A stretch of DNA of 64,000 bases from Parvularculaceae bacterium (GCA_965263375.1 OZ253669.1:1038282-1102281), one strand, 5' to 3'. Positions 35,197 to 44,828 are shown, counted from the first letter of the stretch. Notes: generated by a model from the sequence alone, not told the origin. Made by a program: numbers and translations.

Positions 35197-35583
35197 TTAC
35201 AAGTTTCGTCCTAAACTCATCCGTAAAATATCGAGCGCCTTTTTGTAGATTGTTGTGGCGGCGTCATGGTCGGCTTGGGCCTTAACGCTGCGTGTGATTT
35301 GATCTTCAATGGATACGTTGTTGCCATTGGGCGAGTGCGCGCCGTCGCTCGCCATCTCATAGGCGCGCCACTGCATGTTATGGCTTGGGTTTAGTGCGCC
35401 GCTTGCCATTCCTGTTCCGCTTTTGACTTGACGCATGTAGGCTGTTTCAAAAGACTCAAGATCTTTTGCTTTATAATTGCGCGTGTCGGCATTCGCGATA
35501 TTTTCTGAAATAACGCGGTGACGTTCAGCAGAGTGGCGGCTCAGCGCTGACGCCATATTGAATATTTTAATGTCATCGAGCAT
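35197..35583 (-). CDS. flgB: flagellar basal-body rod protein FlgB
   Basis: 128 aa. RHRVISENIANADTRNYKAKDL motif. Confidence 0.88.
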   Translation of the reverse strand: MLDDIKIFNMASALSRHSAERHRVISENIANADTRNYKAKDLESFETAYMRQVKSGTGMASGALNPSHNMQWRAYEMASDGAHSPNGNNVSIEDQITRSVKAQADHDAATTIYKKALDILRMSLGRNL

Positions 35584-35614
35584 ATTTTCGACATCTCGTT
35601 AACAATTACACAGT

Positions 35615-36994
35615 ATGTCAATAATATCCAAAGCTGAACATTCGCTTAACAATTTGAGGCGCCCCATTTACCAACCGGCAACATACTCCCCGACGATTGA
35701 TCCTGAAACGCTAAGCCCAATAAAGGTATGGGGCCGCATTAGCGCGATTGACGGCGGCGTTATGCGCGTTAAGGGCCTTAATGGCTTTGCGCGAATTGGT
35801 GATGAAATTGCGTTGGCGCCAAACGGAAAAGCAGCCGGAGAGATCATCGCCGTAGATGGTGATGAAAGCTTAATCATGCCTAATATTCCGTTAACGGGTA
35901 TTGCAACTGGTGCGCGTGCGTACATAAAAAAAGACCATGGCGTGCGGCCATGCATCGGTTGGCTTGGGCGAGTGCTGAATTGTAATGGTCAAGATTTCGC
36001 TGGCGGCGCGACGCCGCAAGGCGAAGAGGAGCGTAGCCTGGTTGCCCAGCCGCCTTCCCCCAGCGAGCGTCGGCGGTTGGGTGCACGCGTTGATAGTGGG
36101 TTAGCGGTCTTTGACACTTTTCTTCCCCTGTGTAAGGGGCAACGCGTTGGTCTTTTTGCGGGGTCGGGCGTGGGTAAATCATCGTTGCTTGCCGCTCTGG
36201 CTAAAGGTGTTGATGCGGATATTGTCGTGGTTGCATTGATCGGCGAACGCAGCCGTGAGGTGAGGGAGTTTGTAGAGGAAACTCTTGGCGAAGAAGGCAT
36301 GAAGCGTTCCGTTGTTATTGCCGCAACCTGTGATGATCCTGCTCCTTCAAAACGCCGTGCAGCATTGCTCGCCCTGACGACAGCGGAATATTTCCGTGAT
36401 CAAGGGCTGCATGTATTGTTGCTTTTTGATTCAATTACGCGCTTTGCGGATGCTCACCGAGAGATTGCTTTGACAAGCGGCGAGACACCGTCTTTGAGAG
36501 CCTATCCGCCATCAACAACAAGGGCGATTTCAGCGCTTGCGGAACGCGCCGGCGCTGGCGGCGGCGCCATGGGCGATATTACAGCCGTTTTTAGCGTGCT
36601 TGTGGCCGGTTCAGATATGGAGGAACCGGTCGCGGATATGGTGCGCGGGATTTTAGATGGTCATGTCGTTCTCGATCGCGCCATCGCAGAGCGCGGACGG
36701 TTTCCCGCGATCGATGTGCGGCGCAGTGTTTCACGCTCTCTACCTAAAGCGGCGAGCGAAGAGGAGAATGCCTTGCTTGCCGCGGGAAGGCGCTTGATCG
36801 CTGCTTATGAAGAAGCGGCGCCAATGATTCAAACAGGGTTATATGCAGCCGGTTCTGATCCGATCATTGATCAGGCGATAAGGCTGTGGCCTTCGTTAGA
36901 CAGCTTCGTGAGCGCCAATTCTGCATCGTGTACGGAAAGCTATGAGATGTTGGACGCGATTTTAACGCAAAACGCTCAACCAGAAGGCGCCTAA
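35615..36994 (+). CDS. fliI: flagellum-specific ATP synthase FliI
   Basis: 459 aa. Walker A GSGVGKSSLL, Walker B LLLFDSITRFA, ...GDITAVFSVLV.GSDM.EPVAD..RGILDGH. Confidence 0.93.
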   Translation: MSIISKAEHSLNNLRRPIYQPATYSPTIDPETLSPIKVWGRISAIDGGVMRVKGLNGFARIGDEIALAPNGKAAGEIIAVDGDESLIMPNIPLTGIATGARAYIKKDHGVRPCIGWLGRVLNCNGQDFAGGATPQGEEERSLVAQPPSPSERRRLGARVDSGLAVFDTFLPLCKGQRVGLFAGSGVGKSSLLAALAKGVDADIVVVALIGERSREVREFVEETLGEEGMKRSVVIAATCDDPAPSKRRAALLALTTAEYFRDQGLHVLLLFDSITRFADAHREIALTSGETPSLRAYPPSTTRAISALAERAGAGGGAMGDITAVFSVLVAGSDMEEPVADMVRGILDGHVVLDRAIAERGRFPAIDVRRSVSRSLPKAASEEENALLAAGRRLIAAYEEAAPMIQTGLYAAGSDPIIDQAIRLWPSLDSFVSANSASCTESYEMLDAILTQNAQPEGA

Positions 36995-37023
36995 AGATAA
37001 GGCAAACGCTGGGAAAACAGTAC

Positions 37024-37866
37024 TTAGGCTTGGGACAATAGAAAATTCGCCGCGCCGCCGCCGGTAAGTGGGCTTGATTGCAATAATGTCAAGGCGCCAA
37101 GACCGGGGGTGAGGGCGGAGGGACCGTTTTCAGCCTGGCGGAATAAGAAAAACCGCCGGATCATTGTTTCAATATTTTCAGGGTCTTCAAGCGCTTTAAC
37201 AGTACTCTCGCCAAAGAGCGACTGAGCTTTTTCCTGGAAGATCTCATTTTGCCGGTCGAGATCTAATGCGGCGACGCTATCAGGAATGCCTAGGGCTGTC
37301 GCCACAAGGGTTCTTAAGGGCAGTTGCCCCATCACTTGAAACCAGCCAGAACGTTCGGCAGTACTTGATGTGGCAATATCACCAATTTGTCGCTTAAAGT
37401 TTAGCGCTAAGCGCATGTCTTCATCTACATTGCCAATCGCCGTCTCAAATTCTAGTGTTTTGTAACGCGCGATAACGTCTTCACGAAACGATTCAAGAAG
37501 CACATTCGTGCCCTGAGAAACATCTCCATATCCAAAGGCCGACGCAAAATCGCGAAACCGCTGATCAGCAATCCGGTTTGCGAATGCATCAGACGATTGC
37601 GTGCCTTCTTCTAGGATTTTTTGAATGTAAGCGCGTTTATTAATTTCATCCCCAAGGCCATAGGCTTTTAGGGCGACATCAAGTAATCGGCGATCATTGA
37701 CAAGTACTTCGGCGGTTGTAGCGTTTTCAATATTTTCACGAAAATATTGCGCTTCGCGAGCAAGAAGAGGGGAGCCTTCAAATGCTTCGCGCTGGCGGTC
37801 ACCGGTCGCCTCCAAGATGCGCCATCCGCCATACCCCCCGACACCGATGATTGGTTGAAAGAACAT
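37024..37866 (-). CDS. DUF1217-like flagellar-cluster protein
   Basis: 280 aa. GVGGYGGWRIL...REAFE.SP...REAQYFRENI....TAEVLVNDRRLLDVALKAYGLGDE matches my recollection of DUF1217 proteins. Confidence 0.65.
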   Translation of the reverse strand: MFFQPIIGVGGYGGWRILEATGDRQREAFEGSPLLAREAQYFRENIENATTAEVLVNDRRLLDVALKAYGLGDEINKRAYIQKILEEGTQSSDAFANRIADQRFRDFASAFGYGDVSQGTNVLLESFREDVIARYKTLEFETAIGNVDEDMRLALNFKRQIGDIATSSTAERSGWFQVMGQLPLRTLVATALGIPDSVAALDLDRQNEIFQEKAQSLFGESTVKALEDPENIETMIRRFFLFRQAENGPSALTPGLGALTLLQSSPLTGGGAANFLLSQA

Positions 37867-38315
37867 TATGCTTCTTTCTGATCGCCCTCAAAAAGGCTAT
37901 TGATGCTGGCGACGCTAAGTAATGCCGCCTCGTGCGGTGTTACGCGAAGAAGGCTGCGCATGACATGGTAAAATCGTTTTTCCTCAGCGTGGGTTAAAGC
38001 CTGTTCGATTTCTTGTTTGCAATCGCTTTCCTCGCCAAAGGCTTCGTTCAGCGCATTTAAGCCGTCAACCAACTGACTTTTTGCTTCATCTGGATTGGCT
38101 TCGCCGACGACAGCAAGCTGAGCAATATAGTAAAGCCGCTTGGCTGGGGTATTGGCTTCATCAGGGTGGATTGCATCACGAAAGCGTAATATATTTGCGT
38201 TTTCGCTGCGAATACGCAGGCGCGTACGGCGGTCGCCATTTTCCATAACGACTCCATTGACGAGAAATTTCTCGTTTGGGCGTAGTCGTAGAATTAAACC
38301 GCCTTTATCGTCCAT
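37866..38315 (-). CDS. flbT: flagellin synthesis repressor FlbT
   Basis: 149 aa. LILRLRPNEKFLVNGVVMENGDRRTRLRIRSENANILR is typical FlbT. Confidence 0.85.
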   Translation of the reverse strand: MDDKGGLILRLRPNEKFLVNGVVMENGDRRTRLRIRSENANILRFRDAIHPDEANTPAKRLYYIAQLAVVGEANPDEAKSQLVDGLNALNEAFGEESDCKQEIEQALTHAEEKRFYHVMRSLLRVTPHEAALLSVASINSLFEGDQKEA

Positions 38316-38701
38316 TATTGCGACCTTTTTTCCGTTTGCGGATTGCCTTTCAGGCCCTGCATTACGGTCAAATTAATATCAATGAGTGGGTCGAGATCAG
38401 CTTCGCCAGCAAGCACCTTGTTGCTATGTTGGCGGGTGAATTCGGAAAGGTAAAATAATTTTGAACGCAGCTCCGCCGGTAAGCCATTGCCTTCGAGGGC
38501 GACATCTGCCGCGATAATCGTCCACATACGCATATTGCGATGGATCGCAGCGGCGAGCTTTGGGAATTCTGTCTTATCAAAGCTTTTGGCTTGTGAAAGT
38601 TCTCGCGTTACTCGGGAAAAAACTTGGTACTCAACGCCGCGCGGCGACGCTGTTGTTTGTGATGCGCTTGCATATCCGTTAGCCGCAAGAACCGATTCCA
38701 T
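38315..38701 (-). CDS. flaF: flagellar biosynthesis regulator FlaF
   Basis: 128 aa. ...ASPRGVEYQVFSRVTREL... and ...N.R.W...A.DVA...N.LP.ELR..L..LS.F. Overlaps flbT by 1 nt. Confidence 0.8.
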   Translation of the reverse strand: MESVLAANGYASASQTTASPRGVEYQVFSRVTRELSQAKSFDKTEFPKLAAAIHRNMRMWTIIAADVALEGNGLPAELRSKLFYLSEFTRQHSNKVLAGEADLDPLIDINLTVMQGLKGNPQTEKRSQ

Positions 38702-38786
38702 TTTACGCCTTTTAATTCTTCGTCTTTGTAATTTTTAGTTAAAAAAGAGGGGGCGGACGTTGCCGCCCCCTCTAAATACCGTTCTA

Positions 38787-39989
38787 TTAACGGAAGAGAC
38801 CAAGAAGCGACTGAGGCTGCTGGTTCGCGATGGAAAGCGCCTGAACGCCAAGCTGTTGCTGAACCTGCAAAGACTGCAAGCGAGCAGAAGCTTCTTCCAT
38901 GTCTGCGTCCGTTAGGGCGCCGATACCAGTTTTCAATGCGTCCATCAGATTAGTGACGAACTCACTTTGAATATCGATCCGCTTACCAGCAGAACCGAAC
39001 TGCGCAGCAGCGTCGATACCTGTTTGGATCATTGTTTCGATATTCGCCAAAGCAGCATCACGGTCAGCAACCGTAGATGTCGCACTAACGTCCAGGCCTG
39101 TCAAAAGGCCAAGACCGCCGCCTGATGTACCACCTGTACCTTCAGTAACCGTCAACGGGATGTTGTCGACACCAGAGGAGTTGGCGACAGAAAGCGTTGC
39201 GGCGCCAGCGTCTGGGTCAACAGCTGTACCGTAAGTCGCGCTGATACCGTTGATGCCAGCGGAGTTGATTTGGTCAGCAAGGTTGCGAACCGCGTCGTTG
39301 ATGGTTGAGTTGCCGTCAGATATAAACTCAAACGTATCTGAACCAACTGTCAATTGAACACCGTCCCCATCTGCCAAAGCGCCAGTTGTGGTGAGTGTGA
39401 AAGACTGAGATGCACCGTTATCAACATCAGCCGCACTAACAGCAACTGCTAAGTTAGCGCCGTCACCAGCCGCAAATGTACCGCCGGTTGTGCTCAAGTT
39501 TGATTTCGTAACTGTGATACTAGAAGGCGTCACGTTTGCACCAGAACGGTCAAGAGACGACAAAATGTCGATAGAACCATCAGAGTCAATTAGGTTCAAG
39601 CCGTTGAACTGAGCAGCGTTAACGATCGAACCGATCTGATCACGAAGGTTTACGATATCTGTTTGGATCTTGTCACGGTCAACGTTGTCTTCTTGCGCAG
39701 CAACAACTAGACCTTTAATTTCCGTCAACAGACCAGTTACTTGTTCTGAAGCTGTCCGAGCAACAGCAACAGTAGAAGAACCAAGGCTGAGTGATTCAGA
39801 AATAGATTTAAAACCTTCAACGTCTGATTCCATGACTGTGGAAACAGCCCAGATAGCAGCGTTGTCACGCGCACTGGCGACGCTTTTACCTGTTGAAATT
39901 TCAGACTGAGTTGTTGCTAGATTTTTGTTGATAGAACGCAATGTGTTAAGTGCCACCATTGCGCTTTCGTTTGTAAGGATACTCGTCAT
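38787..39989 (-). CDS. flagellin
   Basis: The ATG at 39989 gives MTSILTNESAMVALNTLRSINKNL.TTQSEISTGK. C-terminal ...LQSLQVQQQLGVQALSIANQQPQSLLGLFR. The variable middle is rich in T/S/G/A. Confidence 0.9.
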   Translation of the reverse strand: MTSILTNESAMVALNTLRSINKNLATTQSEISTGKSVASARDNAAIWAVSTVMESDVEGFKSISESLSLGSSTVAVARTASEQVTGLLTEIKGLVVAAQEDNVDRDKIQTDIVNLRDQIGSIVNAAQFNGLNLIDSDGSIDILSSLDRSGANVTPSSITVTKSNLSTTGGTFAAGDGANLAVAVSAADVDNGASQSFTLTTTGALADGDGVQLTVGSDTFEFISDGNSTINDAVRNLADQINSAGINGISATYGTAVDPDAGAATLSVANSSGVDNIPLTVTEGTGGTSGGGLGLLTGLDVSATSTVADRDAALANIETMIQTGIDAAAQFGSAGKRIDIQSEFVTNLMDALKTGIGALTDADMEEASARLQSLQVQQQLGVQALSIANQQPQSLLGLFR

Positions 39990-40360
39990 TGATATAGTCC
40001 TACTTTGTGCGTCATCTTTCGACGCTGGGTCAACGCCCGGAACCGGCTTTTGCCGTGCTTTCCGAATTTTCAGCGTCATTCTAACGCGATGGACCGCTTT
40101 CTGCGTATCCATAACGGCCAACTTGGGCCGTGGCGAAACATTATGGCGGGGAGGATAATTTTCCGTTAAATGAATGCGTTACGTATAAAGACTTGATGAA
40201 AATATTTGATGAATAACCTAGTGAAACTAGTCTCAGACGCCGCTATAGTTTCTATTAATATCAATGATTTAAAAGGTTATTTTTAACGCGTGCTTAGCGT
40301 TGCTAGTTGATGCTTAGTCAAGTTAAAAAGAATTTTTAAATAAGGTTTATAAAGAGTGTA

Positions 40361-40747
40361 TTAAGCGATTTTACAGCGTGATACGCCCGCGTTTGGCATC
40401 ATTAGCTTGTCGCCCGTTTGGCCATAAACCCCGACATTGCGTTGCTTGTTTAATAAATCGTGAATGCGAGAGTGCGCTTGAGAGGCGCCTGTTTTAGCTG
40501 CTTCCAGCAAGTCTTCATTTTCTTTGGCAAGCCTTACAAGAGATGACAGTGACTTTCGATAAATTGAAGCTTTCTTAGCAATTTGTTTGTCGACCAATAA
40601 GCGGTCTAACCGTTCGCTTAAGGATTGCTTCATCTCAATTAATGAACTTAAATCTTCATAGCGGCCAGCAATAAGACGTTTTTTTTCTTCTTTTAAAATT
40701 TTAGTCAATTGAGAGATGACAGTGTTCAGCTCTTGCTCATTCGCCAT
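40361..40747 (-). CDS. FlgN-like flagellar chaperone (tentative)
   Basis: 128-aa helical protein downstream of, and overlapping, the rod-binding gene. The assignment rests on size, context and composition only. Confidence 0.4.
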   Translation of the reverse strand: MANEQELNTVISQLTKILKEEKKRLIAGRYEDLSSLIEMKQSLSERLDRLLVDKQIAKKASIYRKSLSSLVRLAKENEDLLEAAKTGASQAHSRIHDLLNKQRNVGVYGQTGDKLMMPNAGVSRCKIA

Positions 40748-41057
40748 TGTTCAATTCCTTGCTTCGCAATTGCTGATAAATGTTTTCCGCCAGGCCAAAG
40801 CCGCCTTGGTCGGCTAGACTTGTGGCGACTTCCTCTATCATCAAGCTTGCAAAAGCTTCGCCGCCAAATCCGCTTTCGGAACTTATCGCCTCACTTAAGC
40901 CGCCATGTTTCAACATTTGCGCTACAAACGCGGCTTCAAATTCTTTTGCTCGCTGCTTTATGAGCTCATCACGTTCTGGCGATAAAGCGTTAGCGGATTG
41001 TTGGTTTATAGGCGCGAGGGGCGCGCTAATCGATGCTTTCGCAAGCGGGTCCGTCAT
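40737..41057 (-). CDS. flgJ: rod-binding protein (single-domain FlgJ/CheL-like)
   Basis: 106 aa. ...AKEFEAAFVAQMLKH...GGEAFASLMIEEVA..LA..GGFGLAE.IY.QL is the rod-binding motif. No muramidase domain. Confidence 0.7.
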   Translation of the reverse strand: MTDPLAKASISAPLAPINQQSANALSPERDELIKQRAKEFEAAFVAQMLKHGGLSEAISSESGFGGEAFASLMIEEVATSLADQGGFGLAENIYQQLRSKELNNGE

Positions 41058-41162
41058 TTTTTACGCCTTTCAAAAAGCTTGAGTAGATCATTAAAATTCA
41101 AACGAATGGTAACCTTTTGCCGTCATATTAGACCGATAAAATTTTAAGAAAGGTTTTTACCG

Positions 41163-42506
41163 GTGGAATTTTTGCGAGCTCAAAACTCAGCGCTTGATCT
41201 TATTAGCGGCGGTAACACAAATTCTAGCGTTTCGAGCGCCTCCTTTAAGGGTGAACAATCACAAACCGCAAAAGATTTTTCCAAGGAGTATGATCGTTAC
41301 GATCAAAACGACCGACGTGCGAACTCTACTTCATCTTCACAGAAGAGTAATGAGAAACCGGCTTCAAGCAATGCAAATGAGTCCCAAAGGGCAAACGAAA
41401 GTAATGAAAAGCCAGCAGAAGAGACCACAGATGCCAAACAAGATGCATCTGAAAGTGTTGATGGAAAGGAAAAGTCTGAACTAGGCGAAACGGCTAATGC
41501 TTCACAGCATAACGCCGAAGAACAAGCGCCAGAGATTAGTATTGATCCAGTACATTTATTATCCACCGATTTGATCACGAAGCTAGAGTTAATAGAGGCT
41601 CAGCTTCCTAAGCTAGGAGCCGTTGGTGGTTTCATGCAGCTTTTACCCGGCGGCCTACAACATACAATTGATTTTGATAAGTTACTGCAGGTTGAGCAAA
41701 CTCATGATGAGTTGATAGATATGAGCGTCCTGGATAAAGGCAAAGACCTTGTCGTCCCGGGAACCATCAAAAATCTAACAGAACTTCCAACGCAAATCGT
41801 AAGTCCATTTATGGGGCTGCCTGGTATCGACCTGGAAGGTTTGTCACCTGATAGTTTTGCTCAGCTAGATTTAGACGAGCTTGAGATTGATTTAAGGCCC
41901 ATAATGCCTACAAATGCTGTGCGTGTTGAGGCAAATGCTTCGTTCACCCCGCTTATAAGTGGACTTGGTGATATAAAAGACATCATCGCCAACTTTGAAG
42001 CATTTGATGAAAATTCAATGCCACTTAGCGAGGGTGCGCGTTTCGGTGATATGAGAAGTGACGCCGTGCGGCCGAGGTTAGATTTTGTTGCTGGCCTTCA
42101 ACAAACTGGCGGTGTGGATGCGGCGCGACAGGTCGTAGCCGCAATTAGAGCAAATGCAACTGGTGGCGCCATTGAAGTGCGCCTTGATCCACCGGAATTG
42201 GGACAGGTAAAAATTTCCTTTCAAATGGAGCGCACGGATATAGTCGCTGCGGTTGTGAACACCGAAAAAACAGACACCATGGATATTATGCGCCGGCATG
42301 CGGATGAGTTAACCCAAGCCTTGGAAATGGCTGGCTTTGGAGGGGTAGACTTACAATTTCAATCTCAAGGTGGCGATGGTCAATCTTCAAATAACGAAGA
42401 TACTCGTTTTGGAGAACAGGAGCTTTGGGGAGGGGATTCGCAAATTCCCGGAGAAATAATCTACTTATCTATGCGCACTGATAACCGCCTTGATCGATTG
42501 GTTTAA
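41163..42506 (+). CDS. fliK: flagellar hook-length control protein FliK
   Basis: 447 aa with a low-complexity S/N/E-rich N-terminal half. The C-terminal IEVRLDPPELGQVKISFQMERTDIVAAVV...RRHADELTQALEMAGF is a Flg_hook-like block. GTG start. Confidence 0.75.
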   Translation: MEFLRAQNSALDLISGGNTNSSVSSASFKGEQSQTAKDFSKEYDRYDQNDRRANSTSSSQKSNEKPASSNANESQRANESNEKPAEETTDAKQDASESVDGKEKSELGETANASQHNAEEQAPEISIDPVHLLSTDLITKLELIEAQLPKLGAVGGFMQLLPGGLQHTIDFDKLLQVEQTHDELIDMSVLDKGKDLVVPGTIKNLTELPTQIVSPFMGLPGIDLEGLSPDSFAQLDLDELEIDLRPIMPTNAVRVEANASFTPLISGLGDIKDIIANFEAFDENSMPLSEGARFGDMRSDAVRPRLDFVAGLQQTGGVDAARQVVAAIRANATGGAIEVRLDPPELGQVKISFQMERTDIVAAVVNTEKTDTMDIMRRHADELTQALEMAGFGGVDLQFQSQGGDGQSSNNEDTRFGEQELWGGDSQIPGEIIYLSMRTDNRLDRLV

Positions 42507-42527
42507 GAATAAAGAAAGTATCAAGCT

Positions 42528-43316
42528 ATGATTAACACCGATAATACGGCTGCTAGCTCATCGTCTTCTCCACTAAGTGGTGCTGGTGGCACGTCATCTG
42601 CCAAAGAATCGGAAAATAGTTTTAATACAGATTTTCAAAGCTTTCTCACGCTTTTAACAGCGCAGCTACGTAATCAAGATCCGCTTACGCCCATGGATTC
42701 AACGCAATTTGTTGAGCAATTGGCGAGCTTCTCAGGCTTAGAACAACAAATTGAAACTAATAAGCTTCTTGAAGAAATGGTGGGCGCTTCAGGTGTTTCT
42801 GAGTTAGAGAACGCCACCCAGTGGATTGGTAAAGAAGTTGATGCGCCCAGCGGGGAAGTCACCTTTTTAGGCGAACCAATCGAAATGAGAATTCCCGCTA
42901 GTGAGAAGGGAGCCCCAAGTGAGATTGTAATGCGTAATAGTACGACTGGGGCGATTGTCCATCAAGCGTCGCTAGCTGAAGGACAAACATCTCATATTTT
43001 TGACGGTAAGCGTGAAGACGGAACTTTTCTGCCAAACGGTAAGTATGAAGTCACTATCAACTATGTGAACGATGATGGCGACATTAGCTCACAAGACCCG
43101 ATTATAAACGCAAAAGTAAATGAGGCGCGTCTTATCGAGGGGTCCTTAAAGTTAGTGCTTGATAATGGTGCGCTAATCGATACCGCTTCAATAAAAGCGG
43201 TTCGTGAGCCTGCTGCTTCCTTGCCAATCGAGGAAGAAAGTGTCGTAGAAAATGATGAAGCTGGCGAGGAAACAGCGGTTGAGCAAGATACTGACAATCC
43301 TGATGTTGCTGCGTAG
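42528..43316 (+). CDS. flgD: flagellar hook capping/assembly protein FlgD
   Basis: 262 aa. FLTLLTAQLRNQDPLTPMDSTQFVEQLASFSGLEQ. Confidence 0.88.
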   Translation: MINTDNTAASSSSSPLSGAGGTSSAKESENSFNTDFQSFLTLLTAQLRNQDPLTPMDSTQFVEQLASFSGLEQQIETNKLLEEMVGASGVSELENATQWIGKEVDAPSGEVTFLGEPIEMRIPASEKGAPSEIVMRNSTTGAIVHQASLAEGQTSHIFDGKREDGTFLPNGKYEVTINYVNDDGDISSQDPIINAKVNEARLIEGSLKLVLDNGALIDTASIKAVREPAASLPIEEESVVENDEAGEETAVEQDTDNPDVAA

Positions 43317-43437
43317 TCGTATCGCAGTCTCGCACTTATTTAACCCGATACATTCTTTATGAAATGAACCAGCATGGGGGCTGGTTTGTGTTATATTAGC
43401 GTTGGTATATGCGATAAATGGTGCGTGAAAAGAAACA

Positions 43438-44070
43438 TTACAGTTTTTGACGCGCAATATTTAAAATAAGAATACTCTGGGCGTCCTCTCCGATCACTGA
43501 CTGAGCTGCTGTTAATAGCTCAGACCGCACATTGTTGAGGTTTTCTTCGGTCAAGATCTTTGATCCGAACGCTCCGCCATTTGACAGCCGAAATAATGCC
43601 TTCAATAAGACATCCCGTAATTTAGGCTCTAAATTATATGCGCTTGATGCGCCGCTTGGAGAAGATTCTATGTTGATATCAAGAACAACAACAAAGCCGG
43701 GGCCATCAGCATTGATGACAGGGACAATAAATTGGCGGCTAAATTTAATAAAGCTTGCTGGGTTGCCGTAAGCTTCTTCCCCTTCGTAATCTTTATCTTT
43801 TCCCTTGTCTTTTTTCTTTTTATCTTTTTTATCACCCTTCTTAGCTTTGTCTTTCTTTTTATCCTTTTTCTTGTCTTTATCCTTCTTTTTATCTTTATCT
43901 TTTTTCTTGTCTTTGTCGCCCTTATCCTTTTTGCCTTCGTCTTTTGTTTTGTCGCCTTCTTCGGCGGTTGCGGCAACCGGTTCCGGCGCTGGTCTCATGG
44001 TTAGGCCAGCATAAGCGCCGCCTGATACCGCGATCACTTGCAAGACAATAGGGAGGATTTTATCGATCAT
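43438..44070 (-). CDS. FliL-like basal-body-associated protein with a K/D-rich low-complexity insert
   Basis: 210 aa with an N-terminal TM helix. About 60 aa of KKDKDKKKDK-type repeats. The C-terminal FIKFSRQFIVPV....VVLDINIE...LEPKLRDVLL resembles the FliL fold. Confidence 0.55.
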   Translation of the reverse strand: MIDKILPIVLQVIAVSGGAYAGLTMRPAPEPVAATAEEGDKTKDEGKKDKGDKDKKKDKDKKKDKDKKKDKKKDKAKKGDKKDKKKKDKGKDKDYEGEEAYGNPASFIKFSRQFIVPVINADGPGFVVVLDINIESSPSGASSAYNLEPKLRDVLLKALFRLSNGGAFGSKILTEENLNNVRSELLTAAQSVIGEDAQSILILNIARQKL

Positions 44071-44072
44071 AA

Positions 44073-44828
44073 TTAAAAAGGTAAAATGCTGTCTAGGGCG
44101 CGTTGGCCGTAACGTGGTTCTTGAACTGCTGAAATTGTTCCGCGGCCGCCATATAGAATGCGTGCGTCCGCAATTTTTTCATAGGTAATCGTATTGCGAC
44201 GAGAAATGTCCTCGCGCCGTATTATGCCCGCCACTTGTAAGTCACGCAGCTCATGATTGACACGGACTTCTTGGCTGCCAGCTACGACCATATGGCCATT
44301 GGGTAAAACATTGACGACCGTCGCCGCGATTTGCAGCGCGATCTTTTCTTCTCGTGTGATAGCGCCATCGCCGCTGCTTGATGAATTTGAGCTCGCGTCA
44401 ATGGCCGGATCTAAGGTTGCATCGCCTGGCAACACCCGAGAGGCGAGGCTAGGTAAACCAAAGAATGACGGTACAGATACGCCTTCATTTGCATCGCGGC
44501 TTCGGTTCGTCTGATTACGCATTTCCGCTTGATCATCAATTTCAATAACAATCGTCACAATATCGCCAACGCCGTTTGCACGGCGGTCTCCGAAAAGGGA
44601 GCTGGGGCCAGACCGCCAAAGCGAACCCGATGCGACGTCCTCTTCGCGGGCAGGTGCAGATGTATGCGCCAACGCGATACGATTTGTTGCCGTTGGGGGC
44701 AGGGCGTAACGCGGCGCCCCAGGTGCGCTGATCGCAGGCCCTTGGCCAAGCGGGTCGACACGGCCAGCACAGGATGCGCTCAAAAGAGCAAAACCAATAA
44801 TGGCGAATTTCGTCGTTTTTAATTTCAT
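44073..44828 (-). CDS. flgH: flagellar L-ring lipoprotein FlgH
   Basis: 251 aa with a lipobox (LLSASC). GSLWRSGPSSLFGDRRA.GVGDIVTIVI. Confidence 0.92.
   Translation of the reverse strand: MKLKTTKFAIIGFALLSASCAGRVDPLGQGPAISAPGAPRYALPPTATNRIALAHTSAPAREEDVASGSLWRSGPSSLFGDRRANGVGDIVTIVIEIDDQAEMRNQTNRSRDANEGVSVPSFFGLPSLASRVLPGDATLDPAIDASSNSSSSGDGAITREEKIALQIAATVVNVLPNGHMVVAGSQEVRVNHELRDLQVAGIIRREDISRRNTITYEKIADARILYGGRGTISAVQEPRYGQRALDSILPF

Noticed and set aside
39990-40121. 44-aa N-terminal extension of flagellin
   Set aside because: Flagellins start at the conserved MTSILTN-type N-terminus needed for export. The upstream extension (MAVMDTQKAVHRVRM...) is basic and unlike flagellin.
39990-40360. 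Sigma-54 or sigma-28 promoter upstream of flagellin
   Set aside because: The closest candidate (reverse complement of 40037-40055, GGAAAGCACGGCAAAAGCC) does not have the GG-N10-GC spacing. No TAAA-N15-GCCGATAA-like element was seen.
43668-44014. Three ORFs (43668-43976 -, 43732-44004 +, 43805-44014 +) across the K/D repeat tract
   Set aside because: They are artefacts of the AAG/GAT/AAA low-complexity DNA that encodes the FliL-like linker. Their translations are poly-K/R or poly-F/L/S strings.
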